Source: Woeseiaceae bacterium (GTDB taxonomy: Bacteria; Pseudomonadota; Gammaproteobacteria; Steroidobacterales; Woeseiaceae). From it: a DNA stretch of 64,000 nucleotides. A program made the translations under genes and the position numbers. Location of the stretch: contig JASJCH010000021.1 of the NCBI GenBank assembly GCA_030066075.1, forward strand, positions 1,710 to 65,709, in the 5' to 3' direction. This document shows positions 19,534 to 29,199 of this stretch, in pieces. Numbering within the stretch: position 1 is the stretch's first letter; each line of letters begins with the position of its first letter. The notes below the pieces were generated by a model. It made no database searches. It had not been told where the DNA came from and worked only from the letters and a program-made list of their open reading frames with translations.

Positions 19534-21381
19534 TTCCAGGCGCGCCGCCGTCACTTCTTTCGCCGGCACCGGCTCGCCAACACGTACGGTGACGCGCTGA
19601 AACAGGCGCCCCGGAATCGTGCGCAGGCCGCCGCTCTTGCGGCGGCTGAACCAGCTACCCCAGAGGTTGCCGAGCGACACCGGAACGACCGGCACCGGTC
19701 GCGTGGCGATGATGCGTTCAATCCCCGGGCGAAAGCGCTGGATCTCGCCGTCGCGCGTGATGCCGCCCTCCGGGAATATGCAGACGACATTGCCGGCGGC
19801 CAGTTCTTCGTCGACGCGTTGGAACGCCTCCTCCATGAGCTGCTCGTCCTCCATCTTGCCGGCGATCGGTATGGCCCGCATGTGTTCGAAGAAAAAGCGC
19901 ATCAAGGGCATCTGGAAGATGCGGTAATACATGACAAATCGCATCCGCCTGCGAATGCAGCCCGTCAGCAGGATCGGGTCCATGTAGCTGACATGATTGC
20001 AGACGACGATGGCGGGGCCCTTGCGCGGCACGTTTTCGATACCGGTCGGGCGCAGCCGATACAGCACGTTGATCAATACCCACGCGAGGAAGCGCATCAT
20101 GAACTCGGGGAGCAGTGAGTAGATGTAGACGGCGACTAGCGCGTTGAGGCCGGCAACGACGAGAAACAGCTCCGGGATCGACAGGCCGATCTGCAGCAAT
20201 GCGATGGCCATGATCGATGCGACGACCATGAAGATCGCGTTGATGATGTTGTTGGCTGCGATGATGCGCGACAGGTGCTCACGCTTCGAGCGCCGCTGGA
20301 TCAGCGCATACAGCGGGACGCTGTAAAAGGCGCCGAACGCGCCGAGCAGGGCGAGATCAGTGAGTATGTTCCAGCTACCGGGGCGTTGCAGGAACGCGCT
20401 GACGTCCGCGGCGGCACTCGCTGCCGGCAGCGGTTGCACAAAATACAGGTCGATGGCGAACAGGGTGAGGCCAATGGAGCCGAACGGTACGAGGCCGAGT
20501 TCGATGCGGCGCCCGGACATGCGTTCGCACAGCAGCGAGCCGATGCCGACGCCGACAGCGAACGCGACGAGCAGGATGACGCTGACCGCCTCGTTGCCAT
20601 TGAGAACGTCAAGCGTGTAGGCGGGCATCTGCAGCGTCATCGCGGTGCCAAAGAACCAGAACCACGAAATGCCGAGGATCGACAGGAACACCGTCCGGTC
20701 CTCGCGTGCGTATCCGACGATGCGCCAGGTCTCTCTCCAGGCATTCAGGCTGATCGTGAGGTCCGGGTCGACGGCGCGGGTCACCGGGATCTGGCGGCTG
20801 GTCATATACCCGAGTAGCGCAAGACCGACGAGCAGGGCTGCCAGCAGTGTGTGCTTCGTCGGGTCGATATCGACGGCCATGCCGCCAATGATCAGCCCGA
20901 GGATGATGGCGACATAGGTGCCGGCCTCGACCAGCGCGTTGCCGCCGATCAGCTCCTCGGTCGCCAGCTGTTGCGGGAGGTAGGCGTACTTCACGGGTCC
21001 GAATAGCGTTGACTGGAACCCCATCAGGAACAGCACGCCGAGCAGCGTTGCATAGGCCTGTGTCAACAACGCGACCGCCGCGATGGACATCAGCGCGACC
21101 TCCAGCAACTTGATGCGCCGCATCAGCATGGACTTTTCGTACTTGTCGGCGATCTGCCCGGCTGTTGCCGAGAACAGGAAATACGGCAGGATGAACAGCG
21201 CGCCGGCGACATTGGCGAGCTGGCTGTGGTTCATGTTCAGCACGACGACGCCCTGGAACGTGATCAGGATGACGAGGCCGTTACGAAAAACGTTGTCGTT
21301 CAGGGCGCCGAGGAACTGAGTGCCGAAGAACGGCGCAAAGCGGCGCTGTGCGAGTAACGAAAACTGGCCTGGTTCGTTCAA
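19498..21381 (-). CDS. MFS transporter (LplT-like lysophospholipid transporter) fused to a PlsC-type acyltransferase
   Basis: About 12 TM segments in the N-terminal ~420 aa. The C-terminal domain has the acyltransferase HX4D motif (CNHVSYMDP) and FPEGGITRDG. Confidence 0.85.
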   Translation of the reverse strand: MNEPGQFSLLAQRRFAPFFGTQFLGALNDNVFRNGLVILITFQGVVVLNMNHSQLANVAGALFILPYFLFSATAGQIADKYEKSMLMRRIKLLEVALMSIAAVALLTQAYATLLGVLFLMGFQSTLFGPVKYAYLPQQLATEELIGGNALVEAGTYVAIILGLIIGGMAVDIDPTKHTLLAALLVGLALLGYMTSRQIPVTRAVDPDLTISLNAWRETWRIVGYAREDRTVFLSILGISWFWFFGTAMTLQMPAYTLDVLNGNEAVSVILLVAFAVGVGIGSLLCERMSGRRIELGLVPFGSIGLTLFAIDLYFVQPLPAASAAADVSAFLQRPGSWNILTDLALLGAFGAFYSVPLYALIQRRSKREHLSRIIAANNIINAIFMVVASIMAIALLQIGLSIPELFLVVAGLNALVAVYIYSLLPEFMMRFLAWVLINVLYRLRPTGIENVPRKGPAIVVCNHVSYMDPILLTGCIRRRMRFVMYYRIFQMPLMRFFFEHMRAIPIAGKMEDEQLMEEAFQRVDEELAAGNVVCIFPEGGITRDGEIQRFRPGIERIIATRPVPVVPVSLGNLWGSWFSRRKSGGLRTIPGRLFQRVTVRVGEPVPAKEVTAARLELLVRTLRGDDR

Positions 21382-21512
21382 GTGCGCCGTTTCCTCATGC
21401 CCAAAAGTGCGAACTCCAGCAATTTCACATATCGACAGCGGTGCTATGATCCGCTGGTGCAGGATGCTGAAATATATACCATTTAGCCAAAAACAGGGTT
21501 GGCAATAGCCAA

Positions 21513-22124
21513 ATGAACTTACGCCTTACATCGTTGGTGTGCGGACTGGCCGTGCTTTGTGGGTGCGCCGAGGAGGTGCCGCCGCCGTCCGTACACGACT
21601 ATCTCGCCGATCCTATCGCGCTCGAGGCCGCGGTCGTGCGCTGCGCGGCAAACCGGTCCGAGACGCGCTACGACGCCGAGTGCGTCAACGCCCGTCAGGC
21701 TGTTTCGATCATCGAGGCGCGCAAGGAACGTGAGCGCCGAGAGGCCTTCGAGGCGGAGTCCGCGGCCAAGCGGGCTGCCCTGCGGCGCACGCAACAAGCC
21801 GCCGCCGAGGCGCGGCGTCGTGCCGAGGAAGCCGAGCAGCGGCGCCGCGAGGCGGCATACCTGGCGCAGTTCGGCGAACTGCCGCCTGCCGGGGACGACG
21901 AGGCTGTGGAGGACGAAACCGCGGTCAACGCGCCGGGCGCCGTGTTGCCGCCAGCGCCTGAGGAACCGTCCACGCCTCCTGCACGGGTGGCGCCCACGGC
22001 TCCTCCACAGGAAGCTCCCGCGGTCGATGGTGGTAATGCCCCGGTCGTCGATACCGAGCCGCCGGCAGACCTCGACGCGGTGCGCGAAGAGCTGCGCCGC
22101 CGTAACGAAGAGAGCGGTAACTAG
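21513..22124 (+). CDS. Lipoprotein with an EexN-family-like N-terminal domain and a low-complexity Ala/Arg/Glu then Pro-rich tail
   Basis: Lipobox LAVLCGC. SVHDYLADPIALEAAVVRCAANRSETRYDAECVNARQAV resembles the two-Cys core of EexN-type lipoproteins (from memory, not searched). Confidence 0.6.
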   Translation: MNLRLTSLVCGLAVLCGCAEEVPPPSVHDYLADPIALEAAVVRCAANRSETRYDAECVNARQAVSIIEARKERERREAFEAESAAKRAALRRTQQAAAEARRRAEEAEQRRREAAYLAQFGELPPAGDDEAVEDETAVNAPGAVLPPAPEEPSTPPARVAPTAPPQEAPAVDGGNAPVVDTEPPADLDAVREELRRRNEESGN

Positions 22125-23209
22125 TCAGCCTTACCCGGCGATGCGTCCGGCATCGTGCGCACGTGCAGGTCACGCTGCGGGAACGGAATCTCGATCCCCG
22201 AGGCGATGAAGGCTTTGTAAACGTTCACCCCGAGTTCGTGGCGCAGGCGGCCGCGGTCGACCGGTCTGTCGATCCAGCACAGCAGCTCGAAGTCCAGGCT
22301 CGATTCACCGAAGGCGCGGAAGCGGACCCGCGGCGCGGGGTTACTGCAGATCTCGTCATGATCGGTCGCCACATTCTCGAGTGTCGCGATGACGTGGTCC
22401 ATGTCCGAGCCATAGGCGACACCAACCGCAATGCGAATGCGGTGCTTCTCGGAAGGACCCCCGGCCTCGTTGATGATCGTGCTATTGCCGATCACGCCGT
22501 TCGGGATCGTCACCTCGATGTCGTCACGTGTCAGCAGCCGGGTGCTGCGCAGACCGATATAGGTTACGACGCCGCGCTCGCCCGATTCGAGAATGATGTA
22601 ATCGCCGGTCTTGTAGGGCGCGTCGATGATGATCGACACCCCGGCGAACAGGTTCGACAACGTGTCGCGCGCCGCGAAACTGAGCGCGAGGCCGACGATG
22701 CCGGCCGAGGCGACCCACGCCGTGACATTGATGTCCCAGGCGAGGAACATGAAGTAAATGGCGAGCGCCGCCAGCACAACCTTTGCAATGTTCCGGAACA
22801 GCGCCACCATGCCGGTCTTGACGAGCTTGCTGTTGACATTGCGCCGCGCCGTCTGCGCCAGAACGTCGGCAAGCTGGCGCAGCATGTTGTACCAGATGAC
22901 GATGGCGATCGTCTTGAGTACACCGAGCGTGATGAATGCGGGCCCTTCCGGAAGGTTGATGCGCTGAGCCGCGAGCCCGAGGCCGAGCAATACGAACGAC
23001 ATGAAGATGGGCTGGTGCAGCAAGGCAACCAGGTGGTCGTCGACCTCAGTCTTGGAGCGTTTCGCCAGCTTGCCGACCGCGCGCGAGATAATCCAGTCTG
23101 CGATCTTGCCGATCAGTATGAAGGCCACGGCAAGGGCCAGCGCCTGCAAATAGACGTTCGGGCCGATCAGTTCGACCAGGCGCTGCATTTCCGCGAGAGC
23201 TCGTTCCAA
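22121..23209 (-). CDS. Small-conductance mechanosensitive channel (MscS family)
   Basis: Three TM helices followed by GIVGLALSFAARDTLSNLFAGVSIIIDAPYKTGDYI and a beta-domain. Confidence 0.88.
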   Translation of the reverse strand: MERALAEMQRLVELIGPNVYLQALALAVAFILIGKIADWIISRAVGKLAKRSKTEVDDHLVALLHQPIFMSFVLLGLGLAAQRINLPEGPAFITLGVLKTIAIVIWYNMLRQLADVLAQTARRNVNSKLVKTGMVALFRNIAKVVLAALAIYFMFLAWDINVTAWVASAGIVGLALSFAARDTLSNLFAGVSIIIDAPYKTGDYIILESGERGVVTYIGLRSTRLLTRDDIEVTIPNGVIGNSTIINEAGGPSEKHRIRIAVGVAYGSDMDHVIATLENVATDHDEICSNPAPRVRFRAFGESSLDFELLCWIDRPVDRGRLRHELGVNVYKAFIASGIEIPFPQRDLHVRTMPDASPGKAD

Positions 23210-23221
23210 GATCAGCGCCGG

Positions 23222-24040
23222 CTAGTAGTTGGGATCGTAGGGTTCCTCGTCCGGGTCAGGGACCCCGAAGGTACGGACGTTGGGAGATTCCTGGTCCTGC
23301 GGAACAGGTGTGGCGCCGACACGCATGCCGGGCTGCGTCGGCAGGCGCGCGGTTTGCGCAGTCAAGATCTGCACGAACTCGTTGGCGATATCCGGCGCGA
23401 TGTTGGGCGAGCTGGCGAAGATCTGCTCCGGCGTCATGCTGCTCGAACCGTAAAAAGCGACGTTGGACTTGCGGTCCATCGTGAGGCCGGCACCTTCGAA
23501 CGCCACGCCGGCAAACAGTCCGCGGCTGCGCGAATAGGAGACGACTTCGGCCTCGAAGCGAATGTCGGTCGCGACGCTCGTGTGCCGGCCAACCGGACCG
23601 GCCGCAACGGATGCGTCGGCGCCCAGCGTGAACTGGCCGTTGGCGATGCGCTCCACACTCTTGCGCGTGCGGAACACAAGGATGACGTCGGTCGATTGCG
23701 CGCCGACCTGCCAGCCGATGCTGCCGCCGGTCATCGCGATAAACGCCGGGTTGCTCCACGAGCTGTCGTCCTGCCGCACGACGAGAATGCCGCGCCCGCG
23801 CCGCGCGCCGACGCCGAAACCCACCTTGACGACATTGGGGATGACGGCGATCGCGTAAGCGCGCGACAGGAGAGCCGGCGGAATAGACCGCTCGGGGATA
23901 CGTAATAGCTGATCGAGGACGTCAGCCGCGTCGGCGACCCGGCGTTCCTCGCGGGTGGCTGCCGCCGCGGGGACGGCGAGCACCAACGTTAACAGGAGCA
24001 CAGTGACCGTGCGTGCAATATCGCTCAATTGTTCGCTCAT
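23222..24040 (-). CDS. SYLF (Ysc84/DUF500) lipid-binding domain protein, exported
   Basis: Signal peptide; YAIAVIPNVVKVGFGVGARRGRGILVVR...GGSIGWQVGAQSTDVILVF is typical of the SYLF domain. Confidence 0.75.
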   Translation of the reverse strand: MSEQLSDIARTVTVLLLTLVLAVPAAAATREERRVADAADVLDQLLRIPERSIPPALLSRAYAIAVIPNVVKVGFGVGARRGRGILVVRQDDSSWSNPAFIAMTGGSIGWQVGAQSTDVILVFRTRKSVERIANGQFTLGADASVAAGPVGRHTSVATDIRFEAEVVSYSRSRGLFAGVAFEGAGLTMDRKSNVAFYGSSSMTPEQIFASSPNIAPDIANEFVQILTAQTARLPTQPGMRVGATPVPQDQESPNVRTFGVPDPDEEPYDPNY

Positions 24041-24110
24041 GGATTAATAGAATAACTGCGCCAGCGAGAGTTCCATGATACGCGAATTCCGCGTCAGCCT
24101 CAGCGCGAAA

Positions 24111-26054
24111 TCAGTGAGCGGCTTCTTCGGTGAGTATTGGCGGCAGCGGGCAGTCCAGGCTGGCGCAGATGGCGCGAATCAGCTCCGTCTCGCTGACGCT
24201 CAGCGTCTTGTCCGACATGACGGTCGCTGTAACGGCCTCGAGCAGCATGCGTTTGCCGCTGCCGTTGAGCGCCAGCAGCGTCGCGAGGCTCCGGTCGAGC
24301 GCCGGTATCGAGAAAGCGTAGTCGGGGTCGAAGGTATAACGGCCGCCCCATTTTCCGAATGTGGCCGCGCCGGCTTCGAAGGCGCGCTGTCGTTCGGCCG
24401 TACCGTCATGGCCGAAATGAGCAATGACGCGCAGCAACTCGATAGCGGCGTCACGCACGGCTTTGCGCCGGTCGCTCGTCTGCCGCCGGCGTGCGAGCGG
24501 CTGCATGGACTGCTGAAGATTACCGACCAGGATCCGGTAGAAGCAGTATTCGTAAAGATCGATCTCACCATCGACCTCGATCAGCCGGTTCGCGAGGTCG
24601 AGCAGGTACTTCAACTCGGCTTCGGGCCGTCGTTTCAACGCGGGGAACGCGATGTCCAGCAGCGGCAGGCGATACTCGCGACCCGCCTCCTCGATTGCCG
24701 CGAAGTATTCGCGGATGATGCGCACACGCTCGGCGCCGAGTCTTTCGGTGGCTATTCCCAGTTGCCGGTCACGGGTACGCCCGCTGCGGTCGAGAATCAG
24801 GGCGACCACGAGCAGGTACGCGAGTTCCTGCGAGTGCGCGGCGTCGTACAGCACTGCCGGCACCGATCGGCGCAGGCCGGAGGCGTAGGCGATGTGTTCC
24901 TTTTCCGGGTCGCCCACCATCTCCGCAATGGTCTCGGTCAGGTCGGTTGTCGTTCCCGTCGCCATCGCCGTCGTCATGCCCGAATCGAAACCCGATACCT
25001 GGGGCTCCTCGGCGACGGCGCGGTAGGCGCGGCGATCGACGGCGGGGTAGTCAGCGGCCGTGAACGCCGGGTCGAGAGCCTGGATGCGTTCCGTCAGGGG
25101 AGGGTGGGTGGCGAACAGGCCGCTGAGTTTCGAGCCGGTGCCGAACAGCATGTGGCTGACCTCTTCCGGGTCGGCCGCCTCGAAGTAGGACCCGCTCGTG
25201 TAACCACCGATCTTCTTGAGAGCGTTGGCGATCCCGTCGGTTTGCCTCGTGAATTGCACCGCCGATGCGTCTGCCAGGTACTCGCGTTGGCGCGAGACGC
25301 TGGCCTTGATGACGCGGGCGAAGAAGATCCCGATCCAGCCGAGGATCAGCAGGCCGACCCCCGTCGCGAGGATGACCGGCGCACCGTTGCCGCGCCGGCT
25401 CGAGAATGCGCCCCAGCGGCCGCCGCGCAGGATCGTGCGACCGATCAGCGCCAGGACCATGATGCCGAAGAGCACGCCCATCAGGCGGATATTGAGCCGC
25501 ATATCGCCGTTGAGAATATGGCTGAACTCGTGGGCGATCACGCCCTGCAGTTCCTGTCGGTCGAGGACCTCGAGCGCGCCGCGCGTGACGGCGACCGCGG
25601 CGTCACCGGTCTCATAGCCGGCTGCGAAGGCATTGATGCCGCTTTCCTGCTCAAGAACGTAGATATCGGGGACGGGCACGCCCGATGCGATGGCCATCTC
25701 TTCAACGACATTGCGCAGCCGCTGCAGCTTCGGGTCGCTGACGTCGGGCACGACCTGCGTCGCGCCAAGGGATTCGGCGACCTTGCCGCCGCCGGATGAC
25801 AGCGTCGCCGTCTTGAACCCGGTCGCGCCGACAATCACCAGGACCATCACGAGGGCGACAAGCGCGAACAGCCCGGAGTAATTGACCAGGAACGTGCCGA
25901 AGGTCATGCCGTGGTTGAGGCTCGTGAACGTATACGATGCGAGTGCAACAATCAGGGTGACGCCCGCAACGATCGATGCGGTTGCCAGCAGATACACGAC
26001 GACCAGGCGCCGCGAGCTGCGGCGCGCCTGGTCCTGTGCGTCAAAGAAGTTCAC
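24111..26054 (-). CDS. M48 family zinc metallopeptidase (HtpX-like) with a long C-terminal helical extension
   Basis: TM helices, zinc site HEFSHILNGD, and ~330 extra C-terminal residues with two internally similar helical modules. Confidence 0.85.
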   Translation of the reverse strand: MNFFDAQDQARRSSRRLVVVYLLATASIVAGVTLIVALASYTFTSLNHGMTFGTFLVNYSGLFALVALVMVLVIVGATGFKTATLSSGGGKVAESLGATQVVPDVSDPKLQRLRNVVEEMAIASGVPVPDIYVLEQESGINAFAAGYETGDAAVAVTRGALEVLDRQELQGVIAHEFSHILNGDMRLNIRLMGVLFGIMVLALIGRTILRGGRWGAFSSRRGNGAPVILATGVGLLILGWIGIFFARVIKASVSRQREYLADASAVQFTRQTDGIANALKKIGGYTSGSYFEAADPEEVSHMLFGTGSKLSGLFATHPPLTERIQALDPAFTAADYPAVDRRAYRAVAEEPQVSGFDSGMTTAMATGTTTDLTETIAEMVGDPEKEHIAYASGLRRSVPAVLYDAAHSQELAYLLVVALILDRSGRTRDRQLGIATERLGAERVRIIREYFAAIEEAGREYRLPLLDIAFPALKRRPEAELKYLLDLANRLIEVDGEIDLYEYCFYRILVGNLQQSMQPLARRRQTSDRRKAVRDAAIELLRVIAHFGHDGTAERQRAFEAGAATFGKWGGRYTFDPDYAFSIPALDRSLATLLALNGSGKRMLLEAVTATVMSDKTLSVSETELIRAICASLDCPLPPILTEEAAH

Positions 26055-26087
26055 GAGGCATCCGCGCGTTCAGACGAACGCCGGGGA

Positions 26088-26678
26088 TCAGGTGAACGAA
26101 ACCTCGGGCGCCTCGCGCACTTCCTCGGATTCGACTTCGAGGAAGCTTGCCGGGTCGAAGCGGAAAAAGCCGGCAATGACGTTGTTCGGGAAGTTCTGCA
26201 CCGAGTTGTTGTACTGCAGGACCGAGTCGTTGAAGGCCTGGCGGGAGAACGCGACCTTGTTCTCGGTCGTCGTGAGCTCCTCCTGGAACTGCATCATGTT
26301 CTGGTTGGCCTTGAGGTCCGGGTAAGCCTCGGACAGGGCGAACAGCCGGCCGAGCGCGCTGGCCAGGGCGCCCTCGGACTGCCCGAGCTCCTTGATAGCC
26401 TGCGCATTCGCGGGATCGGCCTTTGCGGCATCCAGGCTGGCGGAGGCGGCGTTGCGCGCCTTGATGACGGACTCGAGCGTCTCGCGCTCGTGTTTCATGT
26501 AGCCCTTGACGGCCTCGACGAGGTTCGGAATCAGGTCGTAGCGCCGGGTCAGCTGCACGTCGATCTGAGCGAAAGCGTTCTTTACGCGGTTGCGTTCGTT
26601 AACGAGACGGTTGTAAATACCGATGCCCCAGAACACAATCGCTGCGAGTATTGCGAGGAATACCAGGAATGAAGTCAC
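26088..26678 (-). CDS. LemA family membrane protein
   Basis: N-terminal TM helix followed by YNRLV...QIDVQLTRRYDLIPNLVE...FSRQAFNDSVLQYNN. Start reassigned to the GTG at 26678, preceded by AAGGAG at 7-nt spacing. This removes the overlap with the divergent apbE. Confidence 0.85.
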   Translation of the reverse strand: MTSFLVFLAILAAIVFWGIGIYNRLVNERNRVKNAFAQIDVQLTRRYDLIPNLVEAVKGYMKHERETLESVIKARNAASASLDAAKADPANAQAIKELGQSEGALASALGRLFALSEAYPDLKANQNMMQFQEELTTTENKVAFSRQAFNDSVLQYNNSVQNFPNNVIAGFFRFDPASFLEVESEEVREAPEVSFT

Positions 26679-26743
26679 GATCCCGCTCCTTGTCAGAAGG
26701 TCAGTTCGGAGAGCATAGCGCTCGCGCCAAGCTTTCTCTAGGA

Positions 26744-27697
26744 ATGGTGGCGCTTTTTGTGTTTTCAATCCCTGCTTACGCCGAGTGGGTTGGCGACGCG
26801 CGACCGTTAATGGGCACGGAGGTCAGCGTGCGGCTATGGCACGAGGACGCAGCGGTCGGCCGGGAGATCGTCGACAAGGTATTCGCCGAGGCGGCGCGCA
26901 TCGACCGGCTGATGAGCACTTACAAGGAAGACAGCCGGATTTCGGAGATCAATCGCAACGCGGCCGCGGAGCCGGTCGTTGCCGGTGACGAGCTGTTCCA
27001 GCTGATTCGCCGCTCGCAGGACATCTCGGTGCTGACGCGCGGCGCATTCGATATCACTTATGACAGCGTCGGGCAGCACTATGATTTTCGCAATCGGCAA
27101 CGCCCGGACGAGGCCACGGTCGCCGCGGAGCGTGAGCTCATCGATTTCCGTTTCGTCGAACTGGACCAGGCGGCCGGCACGGTTGCCTTCCGCGAGGAAG
27201 GCGTTCGCATCAATCTCGGCGGTATCGCAAAGGGCTACGTGGTCGAGCGCGGCGTCAGCATCCTGCGGATGAACGGGGTGCGTCACGGTATCGTTACGGC
27301 CGGCGGCGACTCGCGCCTGCTCGGCGACCGCCGCGGCCAGCCCTGGATGGTCGGTATTCGCGATCCGCGTGTCGATGGGGAAGTTGCTATCTCGGTACCC
27401 CTGGAGGACGAGGCCATTTCTACCTCGGGGGACTACGAGCGTTACTTCGAGGAAGGCGACACGCGCTACCACCACATCATCAAGCCCAGCACCGGGAAGC
27501 CCGCTGGCGGTGTTCACAGCGCCACGGTCTTCGGTCCCGACGCCGTGATTACCGACGCACTGTCGACGTCGGTATTCGTGCTGGGCGTCGACCAGGGCCT
27601 GCGCCTGATCGCCACGCTGCCGGATTACGAGAGCATCGTGATCGATGCGGAGGGGCGAATCTTCTACTCCGACGGCCTCCAGTCGCCGTCACCCTGA
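26744..27697 (+). CDS. apbE: FAD:protein FMN transferase (ApbE family)
   Basis: PLMGTEVSV...FDITYDS...INLGGIAKGY...AISTSGDYERYF..HHIIKPSTGKP. Start taken at the Met of MVALFVFSIPAYA. Confidence 0.85.
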   Translation: MVALFVFSIPAYAEWVGDARPLMGTEVSVRLWHEDAAVGREIVDKVFAEAARIDRLMSTYKEDSRISEINRNAAAEPVVAGDELFQLIRRSQDISVLTRGAFDITYDSVGQHYDFRNRQRPDEATVAAERELIDFRFVELDQAAGTVAFREEGVRINLGGIAKGYVVERGVSILRMNGVRHGIVTAGGDSRLLGDRRGQPWMVGIRDPRVDGEVAISVPLEDEAISTSGDYERYFEEGDTRYHHIIKPSTGKPAGGVHSATVFGPDAVITDALSTSVFVLGVDQGLRLIATLPDYESIVIDAEGRIFYSDGLQSPSP

Positions 27698-28100
27698 CGC
27701 GAGACTGTGGCAAAAAAACCAACGATCTGTCGCTGAATAGAGACGGATATTCACTTTAAATTCAGCTAGATAGCTCTATCATGGGTTGTCCGTCACCGGT
27801 CTGTTTTTGGCGTCCCGGCGGCGGCCAGACCGGGGCATTGGCGATGCCCGGGATACCTGGAAAACAACACGATTTAACGTAATCCATGATGATTGCGCGG
27901 CAGGCTCGTCGGATTCGGGTAGAGAACCGGCGCGGGATACAGCATAGATCGGCCACACTGGCTTAACGATTATGTTCAGACCAGTCGGGCCATTTGTGAC
28001 GCCAATCACTCCCGGCCGTTGGCCCTCCTGTCACCATTCATCCTCTGGATTTGCCGCCCCAGGACACGGAGTGTGCCTGGCGGAAACTACAAGGACTGAG

Positions 28101-28604
28101 ATGATGAAGATGAAGAACGCTTTTGTAGGTCTCGTATTTTGCGCATTGACGGCCACCAGCCTGGCCTCGTCCGGCAACCTCACGGGTCAGTCGGCCCCGG
28201 ATTTCGCGCTCAAGAGTTCGACGGGCGAGAACCTCCGCTTGTCTGAGTTTCGGGGTGATGTCGTCATGGTCAACTTCTGGGCGACCTGGTGCGGCCCCTG
28301 CCGCCAGGAAATGCCTCTCCTGGATGAACTGTATTCGCGTTACGGCCGCGTAGGTTTCAGCCTCCTGGGCGTCAATATCGACGACAACTCTTCCAAGGCG
28401 ATGAACATGGTGTCCGAGCTCGGCGTGAGCTTCCCGGTGCTTTTCGACGCCAGCAAGGAAGTCAGCAAGCTTTACGAGGTCGACGCCATGCCGGTGACGG
28501 TATTGATTGATCGTGAAGGCACGGTCCGCTACGTCCACCACGGTTACAAGCCCGGCTACGAAGAGATGTACCTGGATCAGATTCGCTCGCTGCTGAGGGA
28601 GTGA
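28101..28604 (+). CDS. Periplasmic TlpA/ResA-type thiol:disulfide oxidoreductase
   Basis: Signal peptide MMKMKNAFVGLVFCALTATSLA and thioredoxin motif WATWCGPC. AAGGA lies upstream of the ATG at 28101. Confidence 0.85.
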   Translation: MMKMKNAFVGLVFCALTATSLASSGNLTGQSAPDFALKSSTGENLRLSEFRGDVVMVNFWATWCGPCRQEMPLLDELYSRYGRVGFSLLGVNIDDNSSKAMNMVSELGVSFPVLFDASKEVSKLYEVDAMPVTVLIDREGTVRYVHHGYKPGYEEMYLDQIRSLLRE

Positions 28605-28632
28605 ACGGACCGCTGCGGTCGAGAGGAGAGTA

Positions 28633-29196
28633 ATGGTGACAAACCGATTGTTGATAAGTCTGCTGTCTGGCCTCCTGGTGGCTTTCGCTGCGTCCGCAGT
28701 GGCCGAGGAGGCAACGCAGGCAGATGCCGAAATGGCGCAGCGGGAGACGTTCCGCAGCCTCGATGAGGATGTGCAGGCGCTCAAGAAGGAGGTCCTGGAC
28801 CTGAACCGGGACCTGTTCCTGCTCGAGGAAGAGTTGCTGTTTCCCGCCAACTCACAAGTTGCGTTCTTCATATCGATGGATGTGGGCGAGTACTTCGATC
28901 TTGATTCGGTGAATATCAAGATCAACGGCAAGGAAGTCGCCAACTACCTGTATACCGAGCGCGAGGCGGATGCGCTGGTGCGCGGCGGCGTGCATCGCGT
29001 GCACATGGCGAACCTCAAGTCCGGGGAACACGAGCTGGTCGCGACATTTGTCGGCACGGGCCCGAACGTTCGCGACTACCGACGCGGTGCGACCCTGACG
29101 TTCGATAAAGGCATCGGCGCCAAGTACATCGAACTCGAGATCACCGACCGCGAGAAGAAGCAGCAGCCTGATTTCGTTATCAAGGAATGGGAGTGA
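28633..29196 (+). CDS. Exported protein of unknown function (coiled-coil plus beta domain), operon member
   Basis: Signal peptide ...AASAVA; heptad-like LDEDVQALKKEVLDLNRDLFLLEEELL; GAGGAGAG SD. No family recognised with confidence. Confidence 0.7.
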   Translation: MVTNRLLISLLSGLLVAFAASAVAEEATQADAEMAQRETFRSLDEDVQALKKEVLDLNRDLFLLEEELLFPANSQVAFFISMDVGEYFDLDSVNIKINGKEVANYLYTEREADALVRGGVHRVHMANLKSGEHELVATFVGTGPNVRDYRRGATLTFDKGIGAKYIELEITDREKKQQPDFVIKEWE

Positions 29197-29199
29197 TTC

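Noticed and set aside
27780-28100. Known RNA families in the long leader (cobalamin, TPP, c-di-GMP riboswitches; 6S, tmRNA, RNase P, 4.5S RNA), checked on both strands
   Set aside because: There are isolated resemblances (GCCACACTGG, CAGACCAGTCGGGCC), but none of the conserved cores is present in the right order. Kept only as an unexplained non-coding region.
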